This document shows positions 55,046 to 64,000 of a stretch of DNA of 64,000 nt, piece by piece; position 1 is the first letter of the stretch, and each line of letters opens with the position of its first letter. Source of the stretch: Vicugna vicugna (Eukaryota). The notes below the pieces were generated by a model. That model searched no databases and was not told the DNA's origin. It saw only the letters and a list, made by a program, of their open reading frames with translations. The stretch lies in assembly GCA_013265495.1 (NCBI GenBank), contig MU058824.1:4243111-4307110 (forward strand), in the 5' to 3' direction. The position numbers were made by a program, and so were the translations under genes.

Positions 55046-55300
55046 GGCTACTGGATTCATTACCTTATTTACTTCAGTAAAGAAAAGCATGATTTCTGCT
55101 CTTTGGAAATAAAGAAACCTAGAGCCCTTAAGTATTTGATCTATGGAAATACTGCAGGGAGTGCTTTAAAAGATAGGAAGTAGAAAGTTCTCTCTGATAG
55201 AAAACTTGTTTGAAGTCTTCTGGGTTTCAAGGCTAATTGTGAACACAACACACTGCTGATTCTATATTCTATGGTTTTTCCCACTTCTGAATCATTGTAA

Positions 55301-55408
<108 letters not shown>

Positions 55409-56152
55409 TGAGTGTATATATATATTTTTAAAAGTGATTTAAAAGGAGGAGCTGCCTTGGGCACCATTTTCAAGCTGTGATCACTGTTTAGTCATCCTAA
55501 CAGCTCTCATTCTACAACCCTAGAGTCCCCAGCTGCTGGTGAGACAGGGCTTGCTAATACACCTCCTGTTACTCTACCAGGGAAGGGTTCCAATGGAGAA
55601 TGATTTATTTGTCTCAATTAATATAGCATTTCTGTTAGGAAATACTGCTTTAGCCTACTGTGACTTTCTATAAGTATTAGAGAATATAACTGATTTTCTT
55701 TAAAAATAGTCTAGTTCAGCTTTCTAATTTAGACTGTCCTCCTTTCTATTTCAAATTAATGAGGTCTTCCTGTATTTGAATCTTTTTTTTCTGAAAATAA
55801 CTTTTTCCTCCACAAAAGTAAAAACAAAAAGTACAAAAGCAAAAAAAAAAGTACTGTCCCAAACTATGATTTATTCTGAAATTGGCTTAACAAAGATAAT
55901 TTTTCTTTGATGATTCAGGCATTTTGTTAATGGTATCTTAGGCTGGAAACAGTTGTATGTCAATCAGCAGTGTGTTAGGTATTCCATTGATAATGTGAAG
56001 GTGTTTAGTTACAGTGTTGCTAAAGAGATCCAGAGGTGGTTATTTTAAAAGGAAGAAGCACACACTATTTATTACCTGAAGTCTCAGATTCCATTAATAC
56101 CATGTCCTTAATATAATTAAATATGTATGAGAGAAACATTTAATTTAATTGA

Positions 56153-56386
<234 letters not shown>

Positions 56387-57409
56387 TAATTCCTAAGATC
56401 TTAACTTTATATCCCATATAAAATAGTTGATTTTTTAAAAATGTGGTTGGAAAGTTGGACAAGAAACATACACAAGAGCTTATAATTGTTTGCCCACAGT
56501 ATTGACTCCTGGATCCTTCACAATGTTTGTCTCTCTATTTTACTAATCACCAACATTTTAAAGAAGTAAAATTCTCGGAATCCAAGTTGGCGGACTTGAG
56601 TTGACAATGGGAGACCCATCAGGTACCAGAGAGGGCGTCTGCCACCCAAGAGACCTGAAATTCTGTACTCAGTGACAACTTGGAGTATGGAGCATGCTGA
56701 TGACTCTCACTGACCAGAGGAGGGTATCTGCAAATGGGGAGGGGAACTGCTTCTCCTCTGGAACATGATTTTAGTTGAGTACAGTGTACCTTCAGTCACG
56801 TAACCAAACCAGTACCACAGTGTTGACAGAGCGTTCACAGAACACCATGTTGTCCATGTTAAAATGATCTCTGTAACTTAACAAGGAAGAATAAACCTAC
56901 CAGAAAAATCTTTGTTTGAAACAGTATAGCTGTATGATGTTTGGAGGATTTTAAAAACAAAGTTGTTTAGATCAAGTAAGGAAAAGCAAAATAAAACATG
57001 ATTTTATCTAGTGAAGCCAAAAGGTCTCCTTTAACCCTTTAAAAAATACTAATAGGAGAATATTTTCTTAACATAAAGATGATAATTTTCCATATCAGTG
57101 GCCAGTACCCTTTGTAGTGGTGAAATTCTAGAGGCATTCCTGTTAAAATGAAGAGGAAAAGAAGGATGTATTCTGCAACATTATTTAACATAATTCTCAA
57201 AGTTGTGAAGGGAATAAACCAAGGAACAGACAGCAAAAATGGCGATTATGGACTGGATAAAACAAAAAATATTGTTTATAGACAATATGAATAAACCAAG
57301 AAGCTCATGGAATTAAGACCATTAAGTAAAATGGCTAGATATTATAACTATATAAATATCAATAACTTTCTACTTATATGAAATTGTCCGCAAAGATTTG
57401 AGTTTTCCA

Positions 57410-57595
57410 TAGGTGAGTATTTATCAACCCTGATTGCACATTAGCATTACCTGGAAGCTTTAAAAATTACATGGATGCCTGGCTCCCAACCCAGACTTAA
57501 CTAGATGCCAGTCTCTGGGGTGGGGCCAGGCATCAGGATTTGTTCAAAGCTGCCAGGTGATTCTGATGCAGAGTGATGGCTGAGAAGCACAACTA
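57410..57595. mobile_element. MER5A-like hAT element
   Basis: TGCACATTAGCATTACCTGGAAGCTTTAAAA...TCTCTGGGGTGGGGCCAGGCATC...CCAGGTGATTCTGATG. Confidence 0.72.
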
Positions 57596-58446
57596 GGTTT
57601 ATTTTTAATGACAGTCGTTAGTGACAGCTCTAACCCTTGTATATGAACAAAGATCCATTAATAACAAGAATGGAAAAAGAGGTCTTGTTTAGAACAACAG
57701 AACTTCTAAGAATAGTCTAAACTAGAAAATTATGTGATGTATATAAAGAAAATATAAAACTCTACTGTAAAATAAAAAGGCTTGAAAAATGTCCTGGATG
57801 GGATTGCTGAGTATTTTTTAAATGTCAGCACTTTCCAAATTGAATTGTAAGTTTAATATAATTCTAGTTAACATTTCAGTGAGAGTTTTTTCAAAGTTTA
57901 ACAACATTATTCTGAAATTTACTTACAATAATGCACAAGTGAGAAGAGCAAGGAAAAAATTTAAAAACAAGATTAGGAGGGACTATCCTTGACTGATACT
58001 AAAACATCTCACCAAGCACAGTAATTTAAACGTCATGGTGCCATGCCGTTATTGGCTTTAGTTAAAGGAGGTAATTAAAGCTTAACTACTTAGGATATTT
58101 ACTTAGTTGCTTTAGTATTTAAACAAGGAAATTCCGTCATCCTGAAAGAGTAAAATATGACCTTTTAATGAAGACTTGGATTAGCCAGCGTTCAATTTAT
58201 GCTTAAGAGAGGGCCCATCTGGTTGGCTGTGGAGTTGTCATTGCCTCAACAGCCATATGGCAGGTTGGCTTCCCAGGAAACTACTTGGGTGTATCCCAGG
58301 GCTGGCCCAAGCCAGGCAGTGGCTCCCTTTCCCAGCAGTCATCTAAATCTGCAGTACTGTCCTAGAGCGATGTCTGATTTAGCTCAAAAGATTCATCGTA
58401 TGCTCCTTAGCTAAGCAGTGAGACAGACCTGTTTTTTCTCTTTTAG

Positions 58447-58638
<192 letters not shown>

Positions 58639-58901
58639 TGATGCATGACGGAACATCAAGTCACTGTCTGCCCTGTGTGTAGTGGCTCCAGGTTCTGTCT
58701 GTGGAGCCCAAGCATGGGGACTCCCTGGGACTCCAACAAGCATTATGGGAGAAGCTTTGATGGAATGATCAGTCTGTGAGGAGCCACAGATTTAGCTCAG
58801 AGCAGCCTTGTTGCCTTGTAGTCCTTATTTGTCTTAGATCTTGGGTGGGTTAATTTGTGCTCCAAGCCTAGGAAGTCAGCACACTTTTCTGAGATTGCTA
58901 A

Positions 58902-59267
<366 letters not shown>

Positions 59268-60413
59268 TGAGCAGAGCCTGATAGCGAGCGCTCAGGGCCC
59301 GCCCAGGTCTCCTCAGAGCATGTGCATGGCCCTGTGCAGGCTTGTGGCTGTCTGCATTCCCAGCCTCCGGTCAGAGCTGTTCAAGCCCTTCTTCCCCAGA
59401 GCATCTCATCTCTCATTCCCCAGCTTTTCCTCCCACTCTCTTTAGTTAGTGTATTGTTTGTCCCATCTGTTGTCCGTTGTCCTAGGCAGCAGAGCCTAAT
59501 ACATATATCTTATCTTTAAATGTTTTAACAAATGCTCCCTGGGTTGCCCCCTGAGCCTCAGGAGTTGGGAGGTGGGTGAGATAAAGGCAGGACTGAGCTG
59601 GTCCTCTAGGAGCCACCAGGCAGGTTGAAACAAACCAGTTCTTTGAGAACAGGGTTCATCTGCCCCCTCCGGTGCTGCCGTCTGTGCTGGGAATGTGGGC
59701 TGTTACTCAAGGCCACCGCCAAGCTGAGGGGTGAGGAGTGGGGCTGATGGGACCAGAAAATGCCAGATATCTCTTTATTTAGATTCAGTTGTTTTTTTCT
59801 TGATTATTCCCCTGGTTGTTGCAAACTTTTGGTTAGTTTCCAGAGTTCCAAAAAAGTTGATTCTGACCGTTTTTGCCAGTTTACTCATTGCTTTAGCAGA
59901 GGGATGGAATTCTGGAGTTCCCTACTCTGCCACTTCTGCTAATGTCCCGATTTGTCTTTTAAATGAGGAAACAGACTCAGCTAGTAAGTGGTCGAGCCAG
60001 CATTTGGTCCCACACATGCCCAACTTCAAAACTTGTGTGCTCTTAAACTCCACATTATGCTGTCTCCCTGCACTAAGCTCATGCCCTTCTCTTGGTCTCA
60101 GACACAGTTTTAGCAAGCTTGGCTATCATTTCCTGGTTCAGAGCAGTAATAACCTGTAAATTAGAGGGGTGGGGTTTGACTCAGTGCCACAAGAAGTATT
60201 AAATGGCAGGACAACTCTAAACGCAGAGCCTGTTAGAGTGAAATGCCCTTTACTCCCTAGTTACTCCTGAACTCCATAACAAAAGGTAGTGGTTGATATT
60301 CATAATTATTTGAACCATAGATTTTTATAGACATGGTGGCATTAAGAAGAGGCAAAGTCATATTTTATATTCCGTTTAAGAAAGCAGGTGGTATATGATA
60401 CTTTTAGAAAGAT

Positions 60414-60814
60414 TGTCTTATCTTGAGTTCCCCCCAAAGCAGAGCCTGAGAGAAGGATTTCAGTGTGTGGGTATTTTATTTTGGAGGTGATTCTGAGGAG
60501 CAGGAGTGAGGGAGTAGGAAGAAGGCGAGCCATTAGAGGGTGTGTTGTTAAAATTGCCTTGAGGGCAGTGGGGGTTGAAATCTACCAGAACCTCCCAGGA
60601 GGCCTGCAGAATACCATCCGGAGTTGTCCACTTAATCTGCTGGCTCCCCTCTCGCCTTGGTTGAGGGTTGCCTCTGGGCACTGTGCTTGCATGGCTGCTA
60701 GGCTCTTACTTTAGTGTTGGAGAAGGCCTTGGTGAGAACCACAGGCAGCTTGTGCTGGAGGTGGTACACTGTCTTCACGAGGTGACTCTGAGGTTGCACG
60801 GACTGCCTGCCACA
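60414..60814 (-). mobile_element. ERVL LTR (LTR16/LTR33-like)
   Basis: TGTC...GAGTTCCCCCAAAGCAGAGCCTGAGAGAAGGATT...CCTGCCACA. Confidence 0.55.
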
Positions 60815-61013
60815 GTTGTGGCTGAAACCAGCCAAGTACCTGCTAAAAATATTTCCATCCAAAATGATTCCAGAGAAAGTTTTGATACTTAGTAGGTTTC
60901 AGCTACCTAGGAAAGTAGGCACTACGTAGGAGCTCACAGTCCAAAGCTTTGCTGCACAGACCAGGCATGGCCATAGCACAGTTTCTGTTTCAGATGAGGG
61001 GCCACATCAGTGA

Positions 61014-61298
<285 letters not shown>

Positions 61299-63445
61299 TG
61301 AAGCCAGAACATTTCCCCTTCTCACCCCCTAGAGGAGAAGCAGCTCAGCATCCTTGACCTGCACTCTTCCTCTCCAGCAGCAGAGGTGGACGGGTGTTGA
61401 GCTCCAGGAGAGCAGGGGAGATTTCTTTCATTGTTTTCTCAGCCCCTAGAACGGGTGGGTACTTTATATAGATTTTAATGGAGACCTAAATGGATGAACA
61501 TAGTACAGTTTTTGAATTCTGAGGGGTCTACTTGAATTACAGCTGTTTCTGGACATGTTAAAAAGTCAGGATGGCTTCTAGTCTAATACAAGAAGGAGTC
61601 ATTTACTATCATCACATGGCGTGTAAGCACAATGAGAATGACAGCCAAGGAACGTGGATGCGTATGGGAAGGACCCCAGTGTTCCCTCTGTACACAGGGA
61701 AGGGAGCTTTAGGCTGCTGTCCTGGAAGTCTAGTCAGAAAGTAAATAAAATTAACAAGGCAAGTTTGGATGTGCAGGGGAGTACTTCCAAGCACAGGAAA
61801 CAGTGGTGTTGGTACATGAAGGGCAAGGCAGGCTACAGTGTAGCAAGAGGTAAGCCAGGACCAGCAGCTAATGGAGAAGCCACTGAAAAGTTTTAGGGAA
61901 GAGACACAGATCTGAATTTTAGATCCTTCACCAAACTGTAACTTTTGTTTCCTGGGGGAAAATGGTAGTTGAATGGAGGATGACTTCAACAGGGACAATT
62001 CTAGGGTGACTTCCAGTTTCCTGGTTGGACACCTTTGGGGTTGGGAATGTAAGAGGGGGAACAGGTTTTGGCAGATGAAGGTTGGGTGCCAGTGGGACAC
62101 CCAGGTAGAAATGTGTAGGAGGCAGCTGGCTACAGGGGTCTGATTCAGGGGAGGATTGAGCTGCAGGTGGGAATTAGACCTCTGCCTGCGATTTGGAGTG
62201 AGGGTAGAATCCTGTGAAACATCAGCATTTGAAGGCAGAGAGGAAAGCCAGGAAAGGGTAGGGTCACAGAAGCCAAAAAGGGAGTGTTTCAGGGAGGGTG
62301 AGTAGTTGGTAGTGTCAAGTGCTGAGGAAGAGAAAACCAGAAAAGTTCATTGGCTTTGACCATGAAGAAGGACATAATTTGAAGCCCTAAAACTTATTTT
62401 TTCAACCTTGTTTTTATCATCACCCCTACTAAGGAACAGATACCACATATATGTTTATCTGTTTATGTACTCTCTGTATTAAAAGAGAAAGATTTTTTTT
62501 TTTTGCCCCCAAGAACCAGTTTTTGCCCCCACAGGGGTAAATGCATGTCTTAAAAGCTCAGTCAAGTCATGGGAACAGAAGCCTAGCTGCCCTGAGTCAA
62601 GGGAGGAAGTGCTGGGAGGGCATGGAATCTGGGAGCCGATGGACAGGAGACAAGGGAGCTGAAGTGAGGCTGAGAAGGCTGGAGAGGAAGAGCAGAGGAA
62701 GGGTGGTGGGGTCCTCACCAGGAGGCCCTGGGGAGGGGGGAGGAGATGAGCCACAAAGCCCAGGTGGAGGGCCCAGGAAGGGAAAGGAGCAAGGGTAGGA
62801 AACAGATGTGTGTAGAGGCAGGGGCAGAAGAGCAAGGAAATGTTTTGGTGGCAGGGGCGAGGACAGACCATTTGAGGAGGTGAAGGCTTAGAAAGGGGGA
62901 GCGTGGCTAGAGTGAGACCCGGGTTGGTGTCCAGGTCTGCATGCTTGGGGTTTCCTCCCATCAGAGCCCGAGAATAGCAGATGAGGAGGGAGATTGATCT
63001 GGGTTGGTGACTGGCAGAGTGAGGGGCAGAAAGACAGCGACTATAGATGACAGTAGAAGTATCTACAGCGTCTGTACGATACCGCAGTCTTACAGTGAAG
63101 AGAAACGTGTGGAGAGGATGCGACAGTGTCGGGGAGGGCAGCTAGTGGTGGCAGCTGAACCCAGGTCTGACCATTTCCTAGGTGCTGTGCCTTCCTGCCA
63201 AGGTGGGGCACTGACAGGTGATGCATCACTGCATCTGGGATGGAAAAGGAAGATGAACTCAGAGGAATTCTGATAATTTGGGGGAAAACACCTCAAGGAA
63301 GGGAAAGTGAGGGAGGCTATGGTCAGAGTTGAGAATTTTCTGGTTAGGGAAGTTCAGGATGATGTACAGTAAGCAAGCAGAGGCCTCTGGCAGGGGTGTA
63401 TGGATGTTTCTGAATGATAAAAAGATGATCACAGCTCATGAATGA

Positions 63446-63799
<354 letters not shown>

Positions 63800-64000
63800 T
63801 GAAAAATCTACTTGTTCATTTTCTAGAAATTTAGAGAAATACAGGAGAGTAAGAAAAAGTATCTTTTAGTTTTACCATTCAGAGAGATCAAGTATTAACA
63901 TTTCCTTCCAGTCTTTTTTTTTCTCACATAATTGAGATCATACAGTATAGTATACATACAGTTTAAACCCAGCTTTTTTCATTTCCAAGTATCACATGAT

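Overview
Mammalian genomic DNA, probably a camelid, inferred from five Vic-1-like tRNA-Ala-derived SINEs. The window holds most of GNE (bifunctional UDP-GlcNAc 2-epimerase/ManNAc kinase, which starts sialic acid synthesis) on the + strand. It contains a distal coding first exon for the N-terminally extended GNE2 isoform (19205-19255; missed by the ORF track), a CpG-island promoter with a non-coding first exon (donor at 31048), and coding exons 2-11 (35965-63590). All have GT-AG boundaries and an open frame; the last exon lies beyond the window. The rest is mostly interspersed repeats: L1, L2, CR1, MIR, MaLR/ERVL LTRs and hAT/Tigger DNA transposons, several nested with readable target-site duplications (TSDs), plus one U6/L1 chimeric retrocopy and one 144-N gap. 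I found no convincing new biological system. The best leads are isoform and regulatory details of GNE: an intact but diverged GNE2 exon with the GNE3 frame closed by a stop, an inverted pair of XBP1/CREB3-like sites beside a CCAAT box, and a cryptic in-frame acceptor in exon 9. Repeat subfamily names and human/mouse comparisons are from memory, not from searches.
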